This document shows, piece by piece, positions 1-8,573 of a stretch of DNA of 40,238 nt; positions within the stretch are counted from its first letter, which is position 1; each line of letters begins with the position of its first letter. The DNA lies in contig JASMDC010000032.1 in assembly GCA_030753015.1 (NCBI GenBank), positions 1 through 40,238 of the forward strand. The letters are read 5' to 3'. This DNA comes from Candidatus Undinarchaeales archaeon. Its GTDB lineage: Archaea; SpSt-1190; JASMDC01. The notes beneath the pieces are model-generated. The model was not told where the DNA came from. It did not search any database and saw nothing but the letters and a program-made list of their open reading frames with translations. Both the position numbers and the translations under genes were made by a program.

Positions 1-3000
1 GGATGCCGTGGGCGTGAAGTCGCACTCTCCCTCGCACGAGGTGTAGTCGATGTTGTCACCGGCCTCGCAGTTCCCGCGGAGGATGTTACACTCGGGGTCA
101 TCGCCTTCATAGGAGAACGTCTTCGTGTCCTTGTCGTCCCCGCCATGGAGCAGCTCGATCTTCCTGAGCTTGGTCGTGCATTGGCTCGTGAACGAGAAGT
201 GGAGCGGGTCGCCCTTTGAAGGACAGATATTGAGGTCGAGGTCGATGGGCGGATCATAGATCGCGATCTGCGGTTTCTGGACCTTGATATAGAACTCGTC
301 GCATTCGCACTGTTTCACATCGAACGCGCAGGTCGTGGGATCACAGGTGATCTCGCCATCGTTATTCACGTCCCGTGCGATGAGCACCTTGTGCTGGCCT
401 CTTGCGGTATCGGCCGGTATTTGGAAAGAGCAGGTCTGCTCGGTACGGTACTGGAGACCGACGCCCACGCTACATGTAGCTAACGGATCGCCAGCTATCT
501 TGTCCAAGTAGACATATGCCTCTCCTGCAGTACAGGTGACGCGATACTTGAACGATATGGTCGCTCCTGGGCAGAGCTCGGTTATCTCGGGCGAGTCGGT
601 GAGGTCGAGCTGCGGATCGACGACGTCGAAGGACTCGTCCCCCATACCGAGGCGCCATCCATCGGCGGATTTTGCAGAGTTGGCAGATCCGAACTTGCAG
701 ATGCTGGACATACGTGAATCGGAGTACTGGTTGCACCCCCATCCTCTGTCTCCCTCTCCGCCGCAATCGGGGCAAGCGTAGTGGCCGCCGCTGTCGCACA
801 CACGGGTAACGGAGTCGACGTACACCGTGTAAACGCCCGGAGCATTGGGGGCAGGATAGTTCGCCGGTGTCTCGATGTCCGAAGTAGCAGTGCTCCACAC
901 CATGCACTTCGCGCCGCTGCTCTTCCTCAGGAAAGCGATGACTCCTGGATTGCTCACCTTCTTCGTGCAGGAGCCGTCCTCGCACAGCATGCATTCCGTG
1001 TTGGAGAGGTGGCGTGACGATTTGCCTCCCATGTCGATGATGGGTGAGCGATGCATATCGCAGACAGGGTTGGTCCCGGCCTCAGGGATGTCACCGCACC
1101 GTGAGATGCGAGCGTACGTGCTGAAGTAGTGCTGGGTTCCGCCGTGTCGCGAACCGTCGCTGCAGACAACGTTGTACGCTTGAAGGGCCGCCTTGAAGTA
1201 GATGATGTCCCCGGGACAGATCTGTCGTCCGACCTTGTCAGGATCGATGTCGAAGTTCATGGTCACCGTCCCCTTGACACCTGTCGACTGTGCAGCACCC
1301 CAGGTATGGCCACAAGTATTCATCGTACCGCAAACGGCAGCGATGTTCACCTTGCAGGTCCCTGTCTTGCATGAAATGCTCTCATCGTCCCCGGTCCCCT
1401 TTACACGAACAGCGAAGCCTTGGGAGCCCGTGGACGTCTTCGGATCAACGGACAACCGGCACCACGGATTGGCATCCATGTCGTCGAGGAACACACCTCC
1501 GGTCTCCTCGGCCGTCGGTCCCGGACAGGTACCCTGCTTTTTACCGCCCATATGAATATCGAACTCAGAGCCCTTGGGGTAGCACTTGCTGTCGACCTTT
1601 ACGTAGATAGATGCTGCAAGGCATGTATCTGTCGGGAACACGTAGAAGTCGATGTTCCTTCCGGAGACCGGGAGGTTCAGGGCAGGCGACGTCCTGTAGT
1701 ACTTACCCGCGCCGTCCCCTTCAGCGACGATATTGATCGAATCGCCATCGAAGTCAGACGGGATGAGGAACTCGACATAGCCGTTCTCATCGGGATTCTT
1801 GACGTTCCCGATCACAGTGTCGCCGTTGAGCATCTTGACATTGACCCGGTTACCCCTTGTAACCCCCTGGCCCCATTCATCAACGACGCGTACCTTGAAG
1901 GACACACCACGGCACCCGCTGTCCGGTGTCTCGGCAACCGTGATGTCGCTCTTGAGCTTGACGGTCTTATCAGCGATGGACGAGCCCGTCTTGAAGGCAA
2001 CCACCTTGAGCTCGCCGACGAAATACACCATGTCCATGACGGCTTCGAGCTCGGAGTCCCAGTTCAGGATTCCATTCTCGTTCGTAACGCCATAGCTCAT
2101 GACGCGCTCATTGCCCTCGTTGTTGAGGGCCCGGACCTCTACAGAGGCCTCTGGGACACCGACGCCACCAGCGGTCACTTCGAACACGAGCTTGCTCTTG
2201 GGGTGGATCTCTGACACCTCTTCACTGGAGATGTCAAGGACGCGAAGCTCAATGAGTGGCACGTCGACAGCTATGAACTTCTCCCATTGGTAGAAAGCGC
2301 CGAACTCATCAGTCGCGTTCGCGACTAGGCGATAGTTACCTTGATCTATGTTGTGGAGCTCACAGTGGAGGGACGGATCACGTGACCAGCACTGGTGTAT
2401 CACAGCGCCCTCAATGTTGTGGAGGGCCATGTGCGTCTCCACGAGCTCGTCCCCCTCGGGGTCCTCCCATGTGAGGTCGATATCGAACTTGGTGAGCATA
2501 TCGCCCCCTGCTTGAGGGATCTGTTTCATGTGCTCTTCTTCGTTGCCCGCATCGATGATCTTGGGTGGATTGTTCTCGATCATCAACCGGACACCAGTAC
2601 TGTCCCACTGGTCCTCACCTGAGTCGATGAAGATGCCACAGCCTTCGATGGGAGTGCCATACGGATCGAACCTGAAGTAATGGTAATCGTGAGTGAGCTC
2701 TATCTCCTCCACGATCTTCTGGTCGCCCATGAGCGGTTCACATGTGTTGAGTATCTCTTCATCACCCCTGAATAGGACCCAGATGTCACCAAGTTCCTCC
2801 TTGCAGTCGAGGTTCTGGGTGTAGTTGTTGCTCTGGCAGAGGGCGACGGTGTAAGCGACGGGGTACTCACAGTTCGTGGAGGCATAGTACCACACTTCAG
2901 CCTTGTGGTTTCGGTACTTGGTGGTATTGAACATGACCCTGACTTTCTTGGGATTGCCCGAGGGATCGTGGTGCTGGGGGTCGTGGGTGATGCAAGCTTC

Positions 3001-3252
3001 GTTCTTGGTATAGCGTTTCCATGTACACGGATCCTCGGGTTCCCCTGGTTCAAGGGAACAAGCAGCATCGATTACGGCTCCAGTGATGTTGTTATCATCG
3101 GGATCGTTCTCATTGAGAAGGATGTAGGTACTTTTCTCCCGAATACCCGGTTCATCGCCGGCCGCAACGGCGTCGAATGTCGCCAATACGAACGTAACGA
3201 CCGCAAATACCATTAAAAATCTAGTAATATCTCTATTTTTCACTCTAGCCAA
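1..3252 (-). CDS. Giant Cys-rich secreted/surface protein with multiple Ig-like modules (partial, >=1,084 aa, C-terminus lies beyond the window start)
   Basis: Manual translation of the minus frame (codons ending at positions 3,6,...) shows no stop from 3252 to 1. It begins (TTG)ARVKNRDITRFLMVFAVVTFVLATFDAVAAGDEPG, which is signal peptide-like. A GGGGTGG SD-like motif precedes TTG 3252; alternative starts are GTG 3243 and ATG 3213. Absent from the ORF track because the window contains no stop codon for it. Confidence 0.88.
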   Translation of the reverse strand, partial: MARVKNRDITRFLMVFAVVTFVLATFDAVAAGDEPGIREKSTYILLNENDPDDNNITGAVIDAACSLEPGEPEDPCTWKRYTKNEACITHDPQHHDPSGNPKKVRVMFNTTKYRNHKAEVWYYASTNCEYPVAYTVALCQSNNYTQNLDCKEELGDIWVLFRGDEEILNTCEPLMGDQKIVEEIELTHDYHYFRFDPYGTPIEGCGIFIDSGEDQWDSTGVRLMIENNPPKIIDAGNEEEHMKQIPQAGGDMLTKFDIDLTWEDPEGDELVETHMALHNIEGAVIHQCWSRDPSLHCELHNIDQGNYRLVANATDEFGAFYQWEKFIAVDVPLIELRVLDISSEEVSEIHPKSKLVFEVTAGGVGVPEASVEVRALNNEGNERVMSYGVTNENGILNWDSELEAVMDMVYFVGELKVVAFKTGSSIADKTVKLKSDITVAETPDSGCRGVSFKVRVVDEWGQGVTRGNRVNVKMLNGDTVIGNVKNPDENGYVEFLIPSDFDGDSINIVAEGDGAGKYYRTSPALNLPVSGRNIDFYVFPTDTCLAASIYVKVDSKCYPKGSEFDIHMGGKKQGTCPGPTAEETGGVFLDDMDANPWCRLSVDPKTSTGSQGFAVRVKGTGDDESISCKTGTCKVNIAAVCGTMNTCGHTWGAAQSTGVKGTVTMNFDIDPDKVGRQICPGDIIYFKAALQAYNVVCSDGSRHGGTQHYFSTYARISRCGDIPEAGTNPVCDMHRSPIIDMGGKSSRHLSNTECMLCEDGSCTKKVSNPGVIAFLRKSSGAKCMVWSTATSDIETPANYPAPNAPGVYTVYVDSVTRVCDSGGHYACPDCGGEGDRGWGCNQYSDSRMSSICKFGSANSAKSADGWRLGMGDESFDVVDPQLDLTDSPEITELCPGATISFKYRVTCTAGEAYVYLDKIAGDPLATCSVGVGLQYRTEQTCSFQIPADTARGQHKVLIARDVNNDGEITCDPTTCAFDVKQCECDEFYIKVQKPQIAIYDPPIDLDLNICPSKGDPLHFSFTSQCTTKLRKIELLHGGDDKDTKTFSYEGDDPECNILRGNCEAGDNIDYTSCEGECDFTPTAS

Positions 3253-3280
3253 CAATACCACCCCCGAAGATTGGACTTCT

Positions 3281-3299
3281 CTTTTAAAAACTTTTAAAG
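3281..3299. promoter_or_regulatory. Divergent archaeal BRE/TATA promoter region
   Basis: AT-rich CTTTTAAAAACTTTTAAAG between divergent starts at 3252(-) and 3334(+). It reads as purine-rich BRE plus TTTTAAA on both strands. Confidence 0.6.
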
Positions 3300-3333
3300 C
3301 TTCGTAGTATTTATACCTTGCGGTGAGTGATTA

Positions 3334-5205
3334 ATGCCATTACAGCGGCGCCTTATCACGATTTTATTCGTGGTTTTTTGTCTTTCGTTCGCTAATTCTC
3401 CAAACTTCATCCGCGGCGAGATAGATGGAAGGATGGACAGGACGTCCTATGCTGCTGGTGATACGGCCATTATGAAAGTAGGTATCATGAACAAAGGTTC
3501 CGTACCGGTCGTGGACGGCTACCTGACCTTCATGCTCACCAGAGGGAACGACACTCCCGTCTATCCGAATTATGTCATTGACGAGAACGTGGTCGCTGAA
3601 AAGGTCGCCTATGAGATAAACATCCGACCTATCGACACGATCGAAGTCGAGACCACGTTCGATATCCCAGTGAATATCCCACCGGGAGAATACAGGATGG
3701 ATACATACTTCACAACTCCGAGAAATCCGATTTCAGGTCTTCCCTTCATCTACTTCACTCCGAAACCCATGATGATCCGATGTGGTGAGATCACGATCTG
3801 TCCAACGTTCAACATCACGAACGAAGGCACGTGGAAGGACCTGCGGATCGATCGGGAATCGATGCTCGTTGCCGGGATGCCCGGGCAGACCGGTCGGGTC
3901 GACCGAATGCCTGAGGAGGGCAAGACCGTATTGCCGCTCATAGTCCTCCGTGAGTCGGGTCTCGATCCCCGCACATGGGCGTGGGGCATCGGGAACGTGT
4001 TCGGTGTCAACGAGTGGCGTTTCACACCCAAGGTTGGTTCTGAACAGCCCGTTTCTTTCATGCTCGAGAACCGCGGGCCCACGGACACTACGAACGTATC
4101 GGTCACCGTCGAAGCCTATACATGGGACGACACTAAGCCGGAGTCCGGCCTGACTCCTGAGATCCATTCACGTCCCAAGACGAACAAAACGTATTATGTG
4201 GGCCCTATCAGGATAGGCGAGAAGGTCTGGGCTAACTCGACATTCATGCTCCCGGACCTCTCCACTGCTTACTCCATACTCATCACCGTGAAGGACGAGA
4301 ACGAGACCCTCACCATTTATCGGAGCCGCGTCGATGTATGGGGCGTCGGCAGCCGGATAACGAGCATCAAGCCCTCGAATTACAGGTATGAGTCCGGCGA
4401 TGTGGTCAACATCACAACAATGATCCTGTCAGCATCGGACGGTGTCAACAAGGGAGAGAATCTCTTCCTCAGTATAGAGATCAACGATCCTAAGGGCAAG
4501 GTCGGCTTCTTCGTCCATCCGGAGATGACCATAACAGCGGACGAGGCGTTCAGTTTGATCACGACCAGCATCCCTGCGCCACGCCGGCTGCGTAACTTCA
4601 CCATCCACGCGAACCTACGATCAGGGCCAAAGATCATCGATGACGTATTTATCCACATCGACAAGGACAAATTCCCGGCCAAGCTGGTCAGTGTCAATGT
4701 CACGACCATCAAGAATGGGAAGAATACAAGGGATTTCATGCCCGGGGACAAGATGAGAGTGAATATCGAGCTCATTGATGAGGACGGCGATCCAAAGGAC
4801 GGAACGATCGATGCGAAGCTCATCTTCTCGAGCGAGACGGACGACGAACAGCAGGAGGAGCTCATCGCGTTCGGTAGAAAGATAGATGGGACGTTTACCT
4901 CCGACCTATTGGTGCCACCATCCTGGCTCGGTATGCAGATCACTCTCTTCGTCAAGGAGCGGGAGACAAAGCTCACCGGTTATACCTCCATCTTCATGAA
5001 CGAGTGGAAGCCCCCACCCAAGCCATCAGGTGATGAGGACGAGGTGGATGTGACGATCGAACCAACTGTCGACATCGTCCCCATCATACCCACTGATCCG
5101 AAGGTGTACTATTTCTTCGGTGGCGCGGCCATCCTGGGCATCATACTCTTCGTCGTCATCTTTGCCCTCCCGCCAAAGAAGAAGGTCATCAAGGGCGTCG
5201 AGTGA
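3334..5205 (+). CDS. Membrane-anchored surface protein with tandem Ig/MG2-like beta-sandwich domains
   Basis: N-terminal signal peptide. Three 'D/N-x-x-Y/F-x-x-G-D-x-V' module starts (DRTSYAAGDTA, NYRYESGDVV, TRDFMPGDKM). C-terminal TM helix followed by PPKKK. GGTGA SD upstream. Confidence 0.85.
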   Translation: MPLQRRLITILFVVFCLSFANSPNFIRGEIDGRMDRTSYAAGDTAIMKVGIMNKGSVPVVDGYLTFMLTRGNDTPVYPNYVIDENVVAEKVAYEINIRPIDTIEVETTFDIPVNIPPGEYRMDTYFTTPRNPISGLPFIYFTPKPMMIRCGEITICPTFNITNEGTWKDLRIDRESMLVAGMPGQTGRVDRMPEEGKTVLPLIVLRESGLDPRTWAWGIGNVFGVNEWRFTPKVGSEQPVSFMLENRGPTDTTNVSVTVEAYTWDDTKPESGLTPEIHSRPKTNKTYYVGPIRIGEKVWANSTFMLPDLSTAYSILITVKDENETLTIYRSRVDVWGVGSRITSIKPSNYRYESGDVVNITTMILSASDGVNKGENLFLSIEINDPKGKVGFFVHPEMTITADEAFSLITTSIPAPRRLRNFTIHANLRSGPKIIDDVFIHIDKDKFPAKLVSVNVTTIKNGKNTRDFMPGDKMRVNIELIDEDGDPKDGTIDAKLIFSSETDDEQQEELIAFGRKIDGTFTSDLLVPPSWLGMQITLFVKERETKLTGYTSIFMNEWKPPPKPSGDEDEVDVTIEPTVDIVPIIPTDPKVYYFFGGAAILGIILFVVIFALPPKKKVIKGVE

Positions 5206-5217
5206 GCAGGGACGGAT

Positions 5218-8200
5218 ATGGGGTCGTTCGGACGAACCCTCGCGGTGGTCGTGGTCCTTGCGAGCATTATCGTCCTGCAAGTAAACGCCTTCGAGACCGA
5301 TCCTCCGTACCGTGAGATACTTCGTGGATTAGCAGCTTCGAAGAGCGATGATGACCTATGTGGACCACCTGACGCTTGGAGCTGCAACATGGGCTATTTC
5401 CAGGCGCGGATGATATCGGCTTACGCGGCTCTCTACCAACAGACCGGGAACACGACGCATCTTGTGTGGATGCGCAACTTCGTTGACACGAAATCCTCTG
5501 GCACTACTGGATGCGGACCTCCAGACGATTGGCAATCTGCAGAGAAGGACCATAGTTTCGTCATGGCGGCCTACGCGCATGCTCTCGAGGTGGAGGGTGA
5601 CGCTGCACGTCGTACACAGTATTCCGGATACCTTGAACAGTTCGCCTCACATGGATCACAGGATGCAGGGACTCCAGGCCCTCATCAGGTCGGTAACGAC
5701 CACAGCGCCATGGTGATAGGCTACCTCCGTGCTTTCGGCCAGACCGGGAGCCAGCCTATCAAGACCCACGTCGACAAGCTCGGTGTCAACGGGTGTTCAG
5801 GTTTGGGTCCGGACCCACAATCACCTGCTTTCTACAGGTGTGACCATACTCTCCTTCAGGCCGAGTATATCATCGGGTACGCGGACGGGTACGAGGCGAA
5901 GGGGGACGCGACCCACCTCAAGCGGCTCAACGCGCTCATGGCGGCCGGCTCGAACGACACGATCTACGGATGTAACGTGGTCGATGATTTCGACTGTGGG
6001 GACAACGAATATCAGGCGCTCATGATGCTCGCATCGGCCCGCGCCTATCAGGTAACACAGAATGTAAGCCATCGGGCAGCCTTGGACCATTTCGCCTCGA
6101 CTGCAGCCGCTGCAGGCGACTGTGGCCCCCCTGATGATTGGACGTGCATGGGTTCCTATTACCAGAACATCTATCTGATATCGTACGTGAACGCGTACCT
6201 CGTAACAGGGAACGATACCTATCTCGGTTGGGCGAACGATATCGCAGAGAAGCTCGTGACCTATTGTGACGGGTACAAGTGTGATACTAACCAGGGTATC
6301 GTCATCATGGCGGCCCAGGCGATCTCGACCCTCTATCCGGACATTAAGCCCATCAATGCAACGCTCAATGACACGGCGAGCGGTCGCGTCGTCCGTCTCG
6401 CTGCACGGGCAAGCGATCCAGCAAAGGGGACGTACCGTGCGCTGCACTATGCACGCCTTGACTATTCGGACATAGCTCACGGGCTCACCTCATGCACGTG
6501 CAAGGTTGACGGAGGGGCCGCATCGGACTGTCTTTCAGGGTCATTCGCATCGGTCGACCTACCACATCCTGGCAATGCGACGATGAACATCAACATCACA
6601 TGTACCAATGCTGCGGGACGCAAGACCTCACGTGTCAGTTCTGTGGTCGTGAAGGAGGATGTGCTCGATATATCCTTCGATAACGTAACCTCTCCCGTCA
6701 ATGAAGCGTTCAATGCCACTGGAACGGTGAACGATGTCGGTTCGCTCGCGTGCACGGCACATCTTGCTCACGAAGGTACTTCCAAGGAGAACACGATGCA
6801 TGCCGGGAGCGGAAAGTTCACCATCGAGGTCGCCCCCACCACGGACGGTGCGTATGAGCTGACCATCTCATGTTCCGCATCAGGGTTCACGACGACGAAC
6901 GTGTCGATCCCCTTCACGGTGGACATCACGCCTCCGGACTTCGACCTTTCTATCGTCGCCACCAACGACGATCCCTCCGTGAACATCACCATTTCTAACG
7001 CTGCGGACGCGACGTCAGCGGTTAATGCTTGCTGGACCACATTGAACGCCACCAACCTTGGTATCAAGGTCCCGTCACAGGGCACGGTCGCATGGAACGC
7101 CTCGGTAGCTTGGGGGTCTCACACGATCGTGGCAAAGTGCAACGACACGTCTGGGAACGTCGGAGCACGGAACTCCACGTTCTGGGTGAACAAGACCGAG
7201 GTCGCTCCAACCCCCACGCCGAACGTGACGGTCGTACCCAACGCCACTGCAACACCCACGCCGAACGCTACAGTGGTGCCCAACGCAACAGCGACTCCAG
7301 CACCCACCCCACCACCTGGCACCAAGACCATTATCATCAAAGCGGACCCGACATCGTTCTGTGGGTATACCGTCCACCTCAATGACATTGCACCAACGGG
7401 CGACACGGCCTTCCTCGAAGTATTGGAACCGGACGGCGCCACACACGTGTTCCTGGTCAACTATACGTCCGTGCAGTCCGGTATAGAGCCCAAGTCCCTT
7501 GAACTGGGTAACTTCTCGATCACTGTGTATCGGGACTGCGTAAACACGGACGCGACCGCGGAGGTCTATCTATCGATGGATGGAGGATGCTCAACGCCCA
7601 CGCCGTCAGCATCACCCACGCCAACTCCCGAGGCAACAAGCACAGCAACACCTTCACCCACTCCAGAAACGAGCATGACCCCAATACCCATCACGGTCGC
7701 AACACCGGTACCGACAGCCACCCCGTTACCTACTCTCGAACCACCAGAACCTGAAGGGACACCGACCCCGACGCCCGTTCCCGACCTGTCCACGTCGCCT
7801 ACGCCCGAGCCCACGATGCGGACGGAGGTCGTAGAACTCGAACTCCATCTTACTCCCACTCCCGCCCCCATACCCGAACGGTACGAAGAACTTGTCTTTC
7901 AGCTCAGCACAGTGGAGCGTGAGAAGCTCGATGCCAAGGGGAGGGCTATCATAGAGATGGCCCAAGAGGCTCTGGATGAAGCACGACAGTTCGAGGCCGA
8001 GGGCGATATCCAGATGGCACGGATAAGATATGGGCGTGCAGAAGTCCTGATCGAAGGTCTAAAGGACAGCCCGGAGGATGATTGGTCCAACCTCGGTTAT
8101 CTCCTTCTGTTCATCTGCCTCCTTACGATGGTGGGTATCGGTCTCCTCTACAAGTCCACGATAAATACCATTGAGACCGAGGGGGATGCGTACGAGTACA

Positions 8201-8550
8201 GCTCGTATTACGCTAACAGTACCGGCTCACCGTTCGTGTGGACCGAGCGTGGTTGGGAGATGGCAGAAGAGGGCGGGGAGCAGACTGCTGAAGCGACCGT
8301 CGTGAGCGAGGATGCGGCCGGACAGGAGCAATCAGTTCAGTCGACGGACCAGACAACTGATGTGGCCACGGAGGCGGTCGTAGCGACCGATGCCGGGTCA
8401 CCTTATGGTACATCCACCTACGACTCATATTACGCTGCACAGTACGGCTACTACTATGCGTACCGTGACACGGGCGAGGTCCAGGCCACTGCTGAAGCGG
8501 ACCAGGAAAACGGTGACCAGACGCCCGCGGAGCAATCCCAACAAATATAA
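5218..8550 (+). CDS. Large membrane-anchored glycoprotein A: helical-hairpin repeat head, Ig domains, Pro/Thr stalk, helical bundle, TM, acidic Tyr-rich tail
   Basis: Signal peptide; about 7 repeats of C-G-P-P-x-x-W-x-C...Q/H-x3-(I/M)-x-(A/G)Y...Y-x-x-TG; Ig-like 'VDITPP' ends; many N-x-S/T sequons; PT-rich linkers; TM LGYLLLFICLLTMVGIGLLY. Confidence 0.88.
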   Translation: MGSFGRTLAVVVVLASIIVLQVNAFETDPPYREILRGLAASKSDDDLCGPPDAWSCNMGYFQARMISAYAALYQQTGNTTHLVWMRNFVDTKSSGTTGCGPPDDWQSAEKDHSFVMAAYAHALEVEGDAARRTQYSGYLEQFASHGSQDAGTPGPHQVGNDHSAMVIGYLRAFGQTGSQPIKTHVDKLGVNGCSGLGPDPQSPAFYRCDHTLLQAEYIIGYADGYEAKGDATHLKRLNALMAAGSNDTIYGCNVVDDFDCGDNEYQALMMLASARAYQVTQNVSHRAALDHFASTAAAAGDCGPPDDWTCMGSYYQNIYLISYVNAYLVTGNDTYLGWANDIAEKLVTYCDGYKCDTNQGIVIMAAQAISTLYPDIKPINATLNDTASGRVVRLAARASDPAKGTYRALHYARLDYSDIAHGLTSCTCKVDGGAASDCLSGSFASVDLPHPGNATMNINITCTNAAGRKTSRVSSVVVKEDVLDISFDNVTSPVNEAFNATGTVNDVGSLACTAHLAHEGTSKENTMHAGSGKFTIEVAPTTDGAYELTISCSASGFTTTNVSIPFTVDITPPDFDLSIVATNDDPSVNITISNAADATSAVNACWTTLNATNLGIKVPSQGTVAWNASVAWGSHTIVAKCNDTSGNVGARNSTFWVNKTEVAPTPTPNVTVVPNATATPTPNATVVPNATATPAPTPPPGTKTIIIKADPTSFCGYTVHLNDIAPTGDTAFLEVLEPDGATHVFLVNYTSVQSGIEPKSLELGNFSITVYRDCVNTDATAEVYLSMDGGCSTPTPSASPTPTPEATSTATPSPTPETSMTPIPITVATPVPTATPLPTLEPPEPEGTPTPTPVPDLSTSPTPEPTMRTEVVELELHLTPTPAPIPERYEELVFQLSTVEREKLDAKGRAIIEMAQEALDEARQFEAEGDIQMARIRYGRAEVLIEGLKDSPEDDWSNLGYLLLFICLLTMVGIGLLYKSTINTIETEGDAYEYSSYYANSTGSPFVWTERGWEMAEEGGEQTAEATVVSEDAAGQEQSVQSTDQTTDVATEAVVATDAGSPYGTSTYDSYYAAQYGYYYAYRDTGEVQATAEADQENGDQTPAEQSQQI
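7210..7300 (+). repeat. Imperfect ~42-bp coding tandem repeat (TPTPNVTVVPNATA / TPTPNATVVPNATA)
   Basis: A 14-aa unit occurs twice in the stalk of glycoprotein A, and each unit has two N-x-T sequons. Confidence 0.6.
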
Positions 8551-8573
8551 ATGCCCCAGACCAATATGTGGCT

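Noticed and set aside
470-3216. Numerous short ORFs in the track (e.g. 1420-2214 +, 2905-3216 +)
   Set aside because: They are antisense or off-frame shadows of the long minus-strand gene 1-3252.
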